From: Centroscyllium fabricii
Lineage: Eukaryota
Length of the DNA: 64,000 bases
Direction of reading: 5' to 3'
Assembly (NCBI GenBank): GCA_051313645.2
Contig: JBNRSN020000023.1
Span: forward strand, 77,128,001 to 77,192,000
The notes beneath the pieces were generated by a model. That model had not been told where the DNA came from. It ran no database searches and saw nothing but the letters and a program-made list of their open reading frames with translations. Shown one piece after another: positions 12,175 through 24,195 of this stretch. The position numbers and the translations under genes were made by a program. Each line of letters starts with the position of its first letter. Position 1 is the stretch's first letter.

Positions 12175-13043
12175 TGCATCGGGGGGGGCGCTTGCCGTCG
12201 GGATAAAGCACTGCTATAGCAGCTTACCTGCTGGTCCTGGGAGCTCTCACAGGCACTGTTGTACCTTCTTGGTGCTGCAGCTGCTGGACTGGATCTGCAG
12301 ACTTTAGAGAAGTGTCCCTTTTTGGAGCATTTGTCACAGGTCGCCGTCTTGGCTGGGCACTTTGCCCTGGGGTGCCATCCTTTGCCGCAACAATAACAAA
12401 GTTTCGGCTTAGTGTCCGTGGTGGCCGTCGCGGCCATGGTGGGGCTCTCAATCTGTGGCGCTTGTTGGGTCGCGGCCCAAATGTTGTGAGCTTGATAGCT
12501 GGCCCCACCGTACGTCTGAGATTTGTTGCGGGCCCCTTCCACCGTGTTTGCTAGCGCGGTTGCCTCTTCAAAGGTCAGGCTTTCCTTTTCCAGTAGCCTC
12601 TGACGTGCTACTGTGCATCTTAGTCCTGAGACGAAGGCGTCCCGGAGGAGGAGGTTTTCCTCCTGTAGCAGAGTCGTGTGACCCGTACAGCCACAGGCCT
12701 TTATCATGCCCCGGAGCGCTTGCGCAAACTCGTGGTTTGACTCACCGGGTAGTTGAGGTCGGGTCGCTAGTAGGTGGTGGGCGTAGACTTTGTGAGCAGG
12801 GCGCTCGTAGTACTCCTTGAGGGTCGCCACCGTATCTTCGTACGTTGTGTGGTCCTCGATGAGGGAGAAAACCCTGCTGGAGATCTTTGACAGCAGTACT
12901 TTGAGTTTTTGCGCACCCGATTCAGCCTTGGCGACTTCCATATAGTTCTCCAGCACTCTGAACCAGAGCTTGAAGGTGATCGGTGCTGTGGCATCCTGGG
13001 GGCTGATGTCCAGTACCCGAGGGCTTACCGCTCTGCTCTCCAT
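11865..13043 (-). CDS. gag: Retrotransposon Gag with two zinc knuckles
   Basis: LRDAFVSGL, CYCCGKGWHPRAKC...CDKCSKKGHFSKVC. Confidence 0.85.
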   Translation of the reverse strand: MESRAVSPRVLDISPQDATAPITFKLWFRVLENYMEVAKAESGAQKLKVLLSKISSRVFSLIEDHTTYEDTVATLKEYYERPAHKVYAHHLLATRPQLPGESNHEFAQALRGMIKACGCTGHTTLLQEENLLLRDAFVSGLRCTVARQRLLEKESLTFEEATALANTVEGARNKSQTYGGASYQAHNIWAATQQAPQIESPTMAATATTDTKPKLCYCCGKGWHPRAKCPAKTATCDKCSKKGHFSKVCRSSPAAAAPRRYNSACESSQDQQVSCYSSALSRRQAPPPMQWQPAERDPPTRPAACETRAPRLNSGLLRANHGPRQQRVLNRQCVHRGSQTANHGLRRQRRQSLHSGSLTANHGLSRQRRQSLHSGSLRADQGHQHARKLKLY

Positions 13044-13064
13044 TGTAAATTTATTATTTAAAAT

Positions 13065-13326
13065 TGTAGCGTGGTCGCTAACCTAATTAAAAGACGACTC
13101 GTAGTTACAGTTAATACTAGGCTTTTAATTAATAAAGAATGGAGGTATCTCCTCGGCAGATTACATACCGGAATGAAAGGGGCTGGGTCAGACCACACCT
13201 TTATAGTGCTCCCACCTGGGGGGAGGAGTCGGGGGTGTGGCTGACCTGGCTCCCAGTAACATCTTAGCACACAGGTATACAACAATGGTAACCCATATAA
13301 GGGTTACCCAAATAAGGGTTACCACA
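13065..13326 (-). repeat. 5' LTR (262 bp)
   Basis: TGTGG...GCTACA ends; TATAAA near 13200 and ATTAAA on the minus strand; boundary inferred from a single copy. Confidence 0.75.
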
Positions 13327-13570
13327 GTTGTCGAAGCATTGTTCCACGGAAGCTCAGCGTAAGTTCGAGGAACAGCACCTCATCTTCCCATTAGGCACTT
13401 TACAGCCTTCCGGACTCAATATCGAGTTCAACAATTTCAGAGCACAACCTCAGCCCCTATCATATTTTATCCACACGTTTTGTCTGTGTCTGTTCTCCTC
13501 TCCCACATGACAGCTGTCTTTCATTCTGCCAGCGCAATTCACACTTCATCTGGAGCCATCCTTTGTTTCT
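13327..13570 (+). mobile_element. Penelope 3' fragment (contains right copy of the 125-bp duplication)
   Basis: GIY-YIG C-terminus followed by a pyrimidine-rich UTR similar to 58448-58810. Confidence 0.75.
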
Positions 13571-13695
13571 TAACCTTGAAGTCCCAGCCCTTCTGGGCTA
13601 CCCCAGATCAGGGGTATTCCCCAGACGTTCACCTTCAACTTAAGTTAGAGATAGCCGAATTCAATAAGATAGCCAAATTCCATAAGATACTTTTC

Positions 13696-14148
13696 TTTAT
13701 TCATTGATGGGATGTGGGCGTCGCTGGCTGGCGAGGCCTGCATTTAGTGCCCATCCCTAATTACCCTTGAGAAGATGGTGGTGAGCCGCTGCAGTCCATA
13801 TGGTGTAGGTACACCCACAATGTTGCGTAGCAGTTGTTTACAACTGAGTGGCTTGCTAGGCCATTTCAGAGGGCATTAAGAGTCAACCACATTGCTGTGG
13901 GTCTGAGGTCACATGTAGGCCAGACCAGGTAAGGATGGAAGATTTCCTTCCCTAAAGGACATTAGTGAACCAGATGGGTTTTTGCAACAATCGACAATGG
14001 TATCATGGTCGCCATTACTAAGACTAACATTTAATTCCAGAACTAAATTGAATTGAATTTAAACTCCACCAGCTGCCTTGGAACCCATATCCTCAGAGCC
14101 TCTGGCTTACTAGTCTAGTGACATAACCACTACGCCACCGCCTCCCCT
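13696..14148 (-). mobile_element. tRNA-derived SINE with CR1-group tail
   Basis: Tail matches 5410-5555; body recurs at about 20381-20521, 23080-23240 and 55940-56160. Confidence 0.7.
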
Positions 14149-14600
14149 TAAATGGGGCTAAAGTTTCAGGCTAACTCTCTCTAAAGGAAAGGAATGAATG
14201 AAGATGTTACCGTCCTCCGGGTAGTACCTTTAATAAGTTGAACTAGACTGTAACCTTCTGGATATTATAAGGGTCTGGAATACCCCCCAGAATTTTGTAA
14301 CTCCTTACAAAAGTGTGTACAGAATTTGTGAGTTCGCGAGTCTATACAGAATTACTCTTTGAGACAATTCTAAAAATATATCGTTTTTTTTAAGAGCTGA
14401 CACTCAGTTACCAGCTGTTGAATCAGTCGCAACATTAATAATTCAAAATACAATTAGCTTACATTTCTTATTTCTCGGAGATCCTTATCCTCAAATCTTT
14501 ACTTCGTTACATTTCTTGTTTCTTTCTTATTTCTAAATCCAGAATATCCGCTAAAAATCAAACACTTTGACTTCCCCAAGACTCAAAGTTAAAATCTTAG

Positions 14601-15679
14601 TGTCACAGATGGGAATTCCCCTTTAAGGAATCCATTTTGATTTCTATGTTTTTGTTCTCTGTTTGGTATCTTGTTAGCCTGTTGAACCTCACATACCTGT
14701 GTGTTCCTCGTTCTCTATACCTGCATCTTATTGGTTAGCACTAATGTATCTTGTTTGCTTGCTCGGCTTATAAGCTGGGTGCTTAGACCAGGGAGTTGCC
14801 GGATCATTACTACTTTATACTACCAAGTAGCTTGTAACAACTTTGCAGTATTAGGACACACAGAGGTGTTGTTCTAGCTCCGTGGGAGGCAGTGAGCTGG
14901 TGGATATGGATTTCTCCTTCTGAAGACTCTGGTAGAGTGAGTCCCTGCTGAAGGGCGGACTCTGGAAGATTCCTAAAATCTACATTCTGGACACTGTTCT
15001 CATTCACCTGAACTCAGGTTTGGACATTCCATTTATACATTATGGACATTGCTCGTTATGATCTGAACTCTGGAGTATCCGATGGAGGCTGTGTTGGTAG
15101 GGCTTTTCCCTGCTAGTGAATAATGGATTTCTCCTTCTGAAAACTCTGGAAGAGTGAGTCCCTGCTGTAGGGCAGACTCTGGGAGAGTTCCATTTCTTAT
15201 TCTGGACATTGCTTTCTATTACCGGAACTCAGATATTGGACATTTCATTTCTACTGCAATGAGGTCTTTTCTGTAAGTAGGATGCTCTTTGCCGAGTGTC
15301 CTGGGAGTTTGAAATAAGGCTTGTTTCCAACTTCACAGAGGAAAACTATATCCAGGGATGCTCTTGGCCGAGTGTCCTGGGGGTACAGTTGGACATTGTT
15401 TGCAATCACCTGTACTCAGTATTGGACTTTTCATTACTACTACATAGGAGGCCCTTTCTGATTAGGATGCTCTTTTCTGAGTGTCCCGAGGGTTCAGTTT
15501 CTGTATTAAGCTTGTACCAGTTCGGAAGAGAACTTGTTTTCGGTTTCTAACTATTTATGTATTGTAACATTTTGAATGTATGCATGTATGTTTTGTTACA
15601 TTTTATGAAATAAAGGAATCTGAGTTTTAGACTGTTTTCTCAGTGTCGTGCATTTGGGCCCCACCACCCAAACGTTACA
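14601..15679 (+). mobile_element. Solo LTR (1079 bp)
   Basis: TGTCAC...GTTACA ends, 5-bp TSD CTTAG on both sides, TATAAG near 14769, AATAAA near 15609, internal duplications. Confidence 0.82.
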
Positions 15680-16299
15680 CTTAGAGATGGTGCCTGTAAA
15701 GTTGAGAAACGCTTGGCCCGTTCAGCGAATTCTGACTTCTTGTTTAAAAAAAGGTTTTATTTTTATACCCTTTTGGCAGTGGTTTCTTCTTTGATGGTCT
15801 CTGCTGATGTCAGCTAATTGTCTTTATTGATAGAAGAGCTATCTTACTGTCAATTCAACAATGCATGCATAATTATTTCTCTACCTTTAGGTGTTCCAAA
15901 AACCATCATAAAAACAATGACAGCAATGGTTTCTGTTTGATGTCATTCTTAAAAAAATGCTTTTATTCAATTCTTAATATTGGCTTTACTGTTTTTTTGC
16001 AGACATCGGGGTTAATTTTCATGGAGCTGCCAGGTAGGTTTTTGGGTGGCCGGGGAGGGGAAAATCACTAAAACGGAGGTCCGTGACCCCTCCTGCCGGT
16101 TTCCCGCCCGCTTGTCAGTTTCACCCGGTGGATCCGATCAGCCCACCTCAGTCCCGCCCGGCATCGGCAGGGATGGGAGTTAGGCTCATTAGGGGCCCTT
16201 AATTGTCATCGGTAATGCCATTTTAAGAGCCCATTGTTGTTTTGAGCCTCTTCCCACGCAAAGCCCGCCTGTTTGGAATACTGCCATTGAAAGCTGGCA

Positions 16300-17540
16300 G
16301 ACACACAATCGGCTTGGTGATTTCCACCTCATCGTTCGACAGTTCCGATGGGCCACAACGAAAAATCGCATAGACCTCCTCAGAAGACAACCACGGGACA
16401 CAACCAACAGAGTACCCTTTGTCTTCCAGTACTTACCTGAAGTGGAGAAACTACGCCATGTTCTTCGCAGCCTTCAACATGTCATTGATGATGATGAACA
16501 CCTCGCTAAGGCCATCCCCACGCCTCCACTACTTGCCTTCAAACAGCCGCCTAACCTCAAACAGACCATCGTTCGCAGCAAATTACCCAGCCTTCAGGAG
16601 AACAGCAACCACGACACCACACAACCCTGCCACAGCAACCTCTGCAAAACGTGCCAAATCATCAGCACAGATACCATCATCACACGTGAGGACACAACAC
16701 ACCAGGTACATGGTACATACTCATGTAACTCGACCAATGTTGTCTACCTCATACGTTGCAGGAAAGGATGCCCCGGGGCATGGTACATCGGCGAGACCAT
16801 GCAGACACTACGACAACGGATGAATGGGCACCGCGCAACAATCGCCAGGCAGGAGTGTTCCCTCCCAGTTGGGGAACATTTCAGCAGTCAAGGACATTCG
16901 GCTTCCGATCTTCGGGTGAGCATTCTCCAGGGTGGCCTTCGAGACACACGACAATGCAAAATCGTTGCGCAGAGGCTGATAGCCAAGTTCTGCATCCATG
17001 AGCATGGCCTCAACCGTGATATTGGATTTATGTTGCGCTACATGTGACCCCGCCTGACGTAGAGTCATCCAGACTCGAACCATCTTTGGCTTGTTCTGCG
17101 ATTTTAAGTAAGAAAAATCGTTGTTTTTAAAAAAATCATTCTGTGGGATTTTCAAGGTCAGCAGACTGTATCATTTGACCCTTTGTGACTGCACCCTTTG
17201 ATCTCAGGCTGACTGATATGTTAGAACACCTTTGATTGCTTTGATGTCCCTCAGCTGAGGTGTGATGTGAAACAGTTGGAGAGACCACATTGTTCTCTCT
17301 CTATATATATGCTATGTTTAAATGAATCTCTTAGAATATGTTAATACGCCTTTGTGTGCTCTGTCTGGCTCTGCTAAGGTGAGATGTGGGCGAGATCGGA
17401 TTTCTCCCTTCTATGTGCGTTCTTCAAGTCAGTCTCTCTCTTTCACCTGAAGAAGGGGCAAAAGCTCCGAAAGCTTGTGATTTAAAATAAAACTGTTGGA
17501 CTATAATCTGGTGTTGTGTGACTTCTTGCATTTTTCCACC
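16300..17540 (+). mobile_element. Penelope-like element 3' part (GIY-YIG endonuclease ORF 16442-17047 and pLTR)
   Basis: QPPNLKQ, CKTC, NVVYLIRC, YIGETMQTLRQRMNGH, HF, GLNRD. Confidence 0.92.
17443..17480 (+). ncRNA. Minimal hammerhead ribozyme
   Basis: TCAC-CTGAAGA-AGGGGC AAAA GCTCC-GAAA-GCTT-GTGA. Confidence 0.82.
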
Positions 17541-17724
17541 TTCAAGTCATTGAAGCACCTACCGCAGAATGGCTTGCTGGCCTCCAACATGCTGTCTCCC
17601 TAGGGTGCCTAAGATTAGTGGGAAAAAACCTTTAAAAAAAAACTTACCTACCAGCTGCTTCCCAGTACCTCACAGATTACATGCCCCACAGCTGTCAAGA
17701 GCCTGCCTGTGTAACAGAGCGCTT

Positions 17725-17945
17725 AAACCTGTCAATCATCAAGTTGCTGTTAGTTTCTGTTTACATTGGATTCTAAAGCCACAATCCACTGAAACCACAA
17801 ACAAACAGAACAGACTAGTTAGAGCTGTCAATCATCGAGTTGCAGTTACAATCTGTTTACATTGGATTATGACATCACAATGCCCTGAAAGCAGAACGAA
17901 AAACACCAGCCCACTTAGAGCTGCCAATCATCGGCTCTGCAGCTT
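17725..17945. repeat. Degenerate 96-bp tandem repeat inside MITE
   Basis: CTGYCAATCATC recurs at 17729, 17825 and 17921. Confidence 0.75.
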
Positions 17946-18084
17946 ACACAGTGGGCAGCCCGCCAGCTTTCCCGCCGGCTTTGGCAGGGGCTTCCCACAC
18001 TCGGGGATTTAATTGGCCAATTGAGCCAAAATTGCATGGGGCTTCCACACCCTTCAGAAAGCAGGAAGATAAAGTGATCAGCGA

Positions 18085-18277
18085 TATTGAATCTAAGTCT
18101 TTCTACTTAAACGCAAAGAGAATTCAAACTACCAAGCTGTAAAAAAGCTGTCTAGTTTAATCAACAGTTAAAAGAGAAACTGAAACTAAAAAGTAAAAGA
18201 ACCTCATGGCTGTGCAGTGCTGTAGCAGCGCCACCACAGGTGGGAGGATAACACATACATACACAACATACATAACA
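18085..18277 (-). mobile_element. Short solo LTR-like element
   Basis: Reverse complement of 37002-37193, with high identity. Confidence 0.7.
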
Positions 18278-18579
18278 AGTGGGGAACCCACCCATTTCCC
18301 ACACCTTCAGGAAAATTTACCCCTTTGACTCTCCTTATTCTCCAAGTTCAATACAAACACAATAACAATTGCTTGGTGTCTCTATTGAAGTTATATCTTC
18401 AAAGCCTTCTTGGTATGGTTTTTGCTATGTATATATTAAAGACACTTTGACCAGGGTGATTCATGCATTTCTAGCTATCTCAATTGGTTGCATATTTAAA
18501 TGTGTTTCCTGTTATCCAAGTTTAACATAAAACTATTTGACCAGCAGATGTTTCATTGCTTGATGTCATGTTTCAAAGG

Positions 18580-19531
18580 CAAGAAGTCACACAACACCAG
18601 GTTATAGTCCAACAGTGTTATTTTAAATCACAAGCTTTTGGAGCTTCTGCCCCTTCATCAGAAGCTGACTTAAAGAACGCACATATGGGAGGAAGAGAGA
18701 AATCTGATCTCCCACATCTCACTTAGCAGAGATAGACAGAGCACACAAAGGCGTATTAACATATTTTAACACATCAGTCTGAGATTAATGAGGCACAGTC
18801 ACAAGGGGTCAAATGCTGCAAAACACACAGAATGATTAAAAAAAAAAGTAATTTCCTTACAAGACAAAGATGTTTCTAGTTTGGATGACTCTATGTCAGG
18901 CAGGGTCACATGTAACGTGACATGAAGCCAATATCACGGTTGAGACCGTCCTCATGGGTGCGGAATTTGGCTATCAGCCTCTGCTCGACGATTTTGTGTT
19001 GTCGTGTGTCTCGAAGGCCGCCTTGGAGAATGCTTACTCGAAGATCGAAGGCTGAATATCCTTCACTGCTGAAATGTTCCCCGACTGGGAGGGAACACTC
19101 CTGCCTGGCAATTGTTGTGCGGTGTCCGTTCATCCGTTGTCGAAGTGTCTGCATGGTCTCGCTGATGTACCATGCCCCGGGTCATCCTTTCCTGCAATGT
19201 ATGAGGTAGACAACATTGGTCGAATTACATGAGTATGTACCATGTACCTGGTGTGTGGTGTCCTCACGTGTGATGATGGTATCTGTGCTGATGATTTGGC
19301 ACGTTTTGCAGAGGTTGCTGTGGCAGGATTGTGTGGTGTCGTGGTTGCTGTTCTCCTGAAGGCTGGGTAATTTGCTGCGAACGATAGTCTGTTTGAGGTT
19401 AGGTGGCTGTTTGAAGGCAAGTAGTAGAGGCGTGGAGATGGCCTTAGCGAGGTGTTCGTCATCATCAATGACATGTTGAAGGCTGCGAAGAACATGGCGC
19501 AGTTTCTCCGCTCTGGGGAAGTACTGGACAT
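18580..19531 (-). mobile_element. Penelope-like element 3' part with pLTR
   Basis: Homologous to 16430-17540; hammerhead at 18628-18662 has GAAA changed to AAAA. Confidence 0.9.
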
Positions 19532-19729
19532 TTTTGGCTAACTAATTCCCATTTCAAACCTTGTTTACAACTTTGTTATCAACTGATCTTATCTCAGGAG
19601 CCTGTATTCTGTTTACAGCCTGCGTGCTGAGACTTGTGTCTTGTAAATCCAGTTTGTCTTTTATTAATAATAGAATTCTGTTCATAGTATCGTGTATTTC
19701 TCTGAATCATGGCTATTCCTTCACAACCT

Positions 19730-19950
19730 GTCGCATTACCATCTCCTTTTACTTCTTTAATTCTCCTGCTTTTTATCCTATCACAGACCTTCCCTTTTGT
19801 TCTTTCATCCCCTCCCCCTTTTCGCAGCCCTTAAACTTGCTTTAAAATCTGTTCCATTTCCTACGAAAGGTCATCCACCTGAAACGTTAACTCTTGTTTC
19901 TCTCTTCGCAGATGCTGCCTGACCTGCTGAGTGTCTCCGGCATTTTCTGT
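19730..19950 (+). mobile_element. Degraded Penelope pLTR fragment
   Basis: AGGTCATCCACCTGAAACGTTAACTC...GATGCTGCCTGACCTGCTGAG, like 1-91. Confidence 0.7.
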
Positions 19951-19952
19951 TG

Positions 19953-20198
19953 CAGGATGAGCACCGTTAATCCGGCACCCTCGGGACCAGGCTGGTGCCG
20001 GACAAGTGAAAACTCCGAACGATTGAAGCTTCGGCGAGCGCATGCGAAGGCCGGCGGCCATTTTGAATGGTCTGCGCATGCGCCCGCCGAAGCATCAAGC
20101 GCGGCCATTTTGCGCATGCGCAGACCAGCCGGCCGGATTTGTTCCAGATGACTGAAGTTAGCGGATCACCGGTGTCCGGATTAACAGTGCTGGACCTG
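19953..20198. mobile_element. pogo/Tigger-like MITE
   Basis: TIR CAGGATGAGCACCGTTAATCCGG / CCGGATTAACAGTGCTGGACCTG; TA on the right flank (left flank TG). Confidence 0.78.
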
Positions 20199-20523
20199 TA
20201 TTATTGTACAAGCAAGTTGGTGAGATCTGTCCAAGGTCAAATTAGACAAGTATCTTGAAGAGAAACAAATTATCGGTTACAACTGCTAGAGAAGCAGGAG
20301 AGTGGGCATGATGATTTATAATCCTTTCTGACTTTGAGGTTTTCTATGTTTCAGATGTATCCAGTTTACCTGGCACTACCAGGGACGGTAGCATAGCGAT
20401 TACATTATTGGTAATCCAGATGCCTGCGCTAATGATCCAAGAAGCATGATTTCAAATCCCACCACAGTAGTTGGGGAATTAAAATTCAGTTAATTAAATA
20501 AAATCTGGAATAAAAAGCTAGTA

Positions 20524-21112
20524 GAGGTTGTGCACCGTTAATCGGTTACCCGATAAGCCGGCAGTTTCAGTCTTCCAGAACAAATTGCCCCAACTACCCT
20601 GCGCATGCGCAAAATGGCCACCGCGATTGATGCTTCAGTGAATGATCTGTGCATGCGCCGCCGAACGGCGAGTGCAAGCGCAGATCATTCACACTGGCCG
20701 GCGTGAAGATTTGAATGATCTGCGCATGCGCTGCCGAACGATCCCGGGCCGGAGCTTCCCGAGCCAGGCCCCGCCGAGCCTTACCGAGCCTTCCTGAGCC
20801 AGGCCGGGGCTTCGCGAGCCGGGCCTCGACTCGCCTTCCCGAGCCTTCCTGAGCTGGGCCTCGCCTTATCAGGCATTCCCGAGCTGGGCTGGGGCTCCCC
20901 GATCCGGGCCGGGCCTTACCGAGCCTCCCCGAGCTGGGCCTTACCGAACGATAAGCGCATGCGCGGACTACTTAAAATGGCTGCTGGCCCTTCGCGGCAG
21001 CCATTTTGAATGGTCTGCGCATGTGCTCACTGAAGTTTCAATCGTTCGGGATATTGCACTTTCCCGGCACGGGCCTGGTCCCGCCCGTGCCGGATTAATG
21101 GTGCTCAACCTG
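20524..21112. mobile_element. pogo/Tigger-like MITE with internal GC-rich tandem repeats (20740-20950)
   Basis: Same TIR family; TA TSD at 20522-20523 and 21113-21114; interrupts a SINE. Confidence 0.8.
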
Positions 21113-21959
21113 TATTAGCAATGGCGACCATGGGGGCGATTTTGCCAGAACTGGGGAGGTGGGTTTGGAGGCGGGACTGCTGGGAAAATGGCAGAATCTA
21201 GGAGCGGGTATCCATCGTGCCCCCAACCCGCCTCCGTGTCATCATCCCAGGAGGTGGGTCCCCGACCCAGGCCGGGTCCCGTCTCCTTGAGGCGGGAAGG
21301 GATTTTGTGCCAATTAACTGCCTGTTAACAGGCAGTTTTTTGGCTAATCCCTATTTATCATCTAAAGTGCGGGCTTCCCGATGGCTCCGAACCTCGCCAG
21401 GGTCAGCAAGGTGAGCCGTGGGTACGCGGGGGTCTGCGGGGTTGACTTGTCCGGTGTGCAGGTGAGTGATGAGTGTAAGTGTGGAGAGGTAAGTGTGTGA
21501 GGTGAGTGTTGAGTGTTTTAATAAGATTACTGACCTTTGCTTCTTCCTCCAGGCTTCATCCCTTTAGGCTGTGGAGTTGCTTCATCCCACCGGCAGAGAA
21601 AGCAGAATGGCCGCTGCATCCTTAAATGCAGCAGCAGCCTTCTGCTTTCTGCTTTCTGTTCAGGAAGGCTTTCTAAGTGAGTCTTCAGTAAAGACTCCAC
21701 TCAGAAGACAGATTGTCAGTGTTTCACAGAGCCGTCAAACGATGACAGTTCATCTGTCAAAAGCTCTTGACAGATGAAACGGCACTCGCTGACGTCATCA
21801 GTCACCAGCTTTCCCTTAATTAGCCTGTTGAGCCCACTGGGCGGGCTTAACCAGGTCAATCTAGGGAAAATAGCTTGGGTTGGCCGGACGTCGATGGAGG
21901 TGGGTGTTATGTCTGCACACTGGGTTAGTGTTGCATTAGAGTACACAAAGTTATTATGT

Positions 21960-22854
21960 GGGGGGGCTTTTTGGAGGGCCGTGAGTGTGGAGCTACGGTG
22001 GGGCGGTGTTAAAATCGCAATTCTGGCGGGCGGGAAGCCAACCCACTGGATCCCCGCCCATTTGCAATTTTCCTCAGGCAGGTTTTGCCGCGTCGAATGT
22101 TTCCCGCCGGCGGGGATGCAGAATGAGCTCATTGAGGGCCATTAATTGGATGGGTAATCCTATTTTAAGGGCCCTCAGCTATTTTAGCCCTATTCCCACC
22201 CAAACCCCACCTGGTGGGAACCCCGCCGGTGAAAGGTGGTGGGAACCCAGTCGGCTGGGTGTCTGCCACCTTCAAGGCATGGGCACAGCACCCACACACA
22301 GCTTGCTAGCCTCCACCATGCTGGAGGTGCAGCTGCCACCCAAGGGTGTTAAACATCAGAGCCCCAAAACATAGAAATCACTCACCTTTAAATCCATGCT
22401 ATTCATATAGAGATCGGCGTGCTGCGCTGTTTGTGAGCGAGGCTGTCAATCTCCCAGGGGATCAGTTTCTGTTTACATTCCATTGAAACCACAAACAAAC
22501 AGTGAGTGAGTTCAAATGTTTGTTTCAAGTGTTCCCTTTCATAATGTGACTCATAAAGGCTATGTCAACATGGAAACAAAGGAACCACTTGAGCACTGTC
22601 AATCACGCTTAGTGGTTTCTTGCTACTCAGACTATTCAGGCCTGTCAATCAACAGCCCGCCCCACTCAAACTGTGAATGAAAAGGGTTGAGTTCCCGCCC
22701 AATAGTGTGTATAGGAAGCCCAGCAGACCGGCGGGGATTTAATTGGCCACTTGAGCCAAAATCGTTCAGGCCTCCCAGGCCCTTGGGTGGGTGGGACAGA
22801 AAGCTGACCCGCCCAAAACCCGACAGCTTCCCACACCTTTTTAAAAATTCCCCC
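21960..22854. mobile_element. Harbinger-type MITE, family B
   Basis: G-run / AAAATTCCCCC termini; colinear with 45733-46617. Confidence 0.72.
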
Positions 22855-23736
22855 GTTATGTCTGAAATCTGTGATAGGGACTCGATTGCTTTTGTCTGTG
22901 ATTGCGATAGATACTTGATTGCTTTTGTCTGTGTGATTCGTTGGACTCCATTAAAAAAAGACACGAGTTCAGTTTGAGAGGCTGCCATTGATTTCACCCT
23001 GCAAACGCAACAGTGGGACTAAAACCCAACAAGCAGCATTCCCGCCTCCATCGCATCCCCATTGGTAAAATCACCGACTGGATTGTCGTAAAAACCCATC
23101 TTTCCTTTCGGGAAGGAAATCTGCTGCCTCTACCCGGTCTGGCCGATATATGACTCCAGACCCACAGCAATGTGGTTGACTCTTAACTGCCCCTCTGAAA
23201 TGGCCTAGCGAGCCACTCTGCTGTACCAAAACCACTACGACAATCTCTCTAAACTAGAAGCTAAACAAACAAATCACTCCGCGCGGGCCTTGGCTTTTCT
23301 AAGCCATGCACAAGGCTGCAAATTTGTTGAAGTGCGTTGACAGCCTCCAGCAATTTATCCACTTGACCTCCAAAAATACCTTTCCATCAAATTAGTAATT
23401 GCGCTAGTTGCTGCTCCAGCTCCCACAGAATTGATGCTAAACATATGGGCTATTCATATCTGAGACGAGTCCGGCAACTTGCAGGGTCAGGTGCAGGTGA
23501 CAAGCATTTTATCCATTGCTCATACCCATCAGAGACAGCAAAGGACCTGGTACATTTTTTAAATATTAAAATGGTTGAAGTTGGCGTGGACATTTTGTCC
23601 CAATTTATAGAGACACCTGGGGTTAGAAATGGAGGTAGCGCAAAGGGTGCGATATTCTATCAACTACCCATTATTTTAATTCTCCGCCTCACCCCCCAAT
23701 CTGCTCTCTCTATCCTTGTTCCAATGAAGAAAAAAA

Positions 23737-24193
23737 GACTTGCATTTGTATAGCGCCTTTCACCACCACCGGACATCCCAAAGTGCTTTACAGCCAATGA
23801 AGTACTTTTGAAGTGTAGTCACTGTTCTAATGTAGGAAATACAGCAGCCAGTTTGTGCACAGCGAGCTCCCACAAACATCAATGTGATAATGGCCAGACA
23901 ATCTTTTTCAGCGATGTTGATTGAGAGATAAACATTGGCCAGGGCACCGGGGCTAACTCCCCTGCTCTTCTTTGAAATAGTGGCACGGGATCTTTTACCT
24001 CCGCCTGAGAGGGCGGACATAAAAGGTTGAACGTCTCATCTGAAAGACGGCGCCGCCAACAGTGCAGCATTCTCTCAGTACTGCACTGGAGCGTTAGTCT
24101 AGAGTTTTGTGCTCAGGTCTCTGGAGTGGGACTTGAACCCGCGACCTTATGACTCAGAGGCGAGGGCCCCACCCACTGAGCCACAGCTGACAC
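23737..24193 (-). mobile_element. SacSINE1-like Deu-domain SINE
   Basis: tRNA-like head, Deu-like AAAAGATCCCGTGCCACTATTTCAAAGAAGAGCAGGGG, L2-type tail. Confidence 0.8.
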
Positions 24194-24195
24194 GA

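Larger units (their letters stand above)
10456..13326 (-). mobile_element. 3'-truncated Ty3/Gypsy LTR retrotransposon (Mag-like gag, YLDN RT)
   Basis: One TG..CA LTR followed by gag, protease and partial RT; no RNase H, integrase or 3' LTR. Confidence 0.9.
16008..18323. mobile_element. PIF/Harbinger-type MITE hosting a Penelope copy and a solo LTR
   Basis: TIRs GGGGTTAATTTTC / GAAAATTTACCCC; internal motifs shared with 21960-22854 and 45733-46617. Confidence 0.65.

Noticed and set aside
14204-14600. Alternative upstream starts for the solo LTR (TGTTAC, TGTAAC)
   Set aside because: Only the start at 14601 gives a matching TSD (CTTAG).
18628-18662. Functional hammerhead (also at 19858, 58448 and 63105)
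   Set aside because: The catalytic core is mutated or interrupted.
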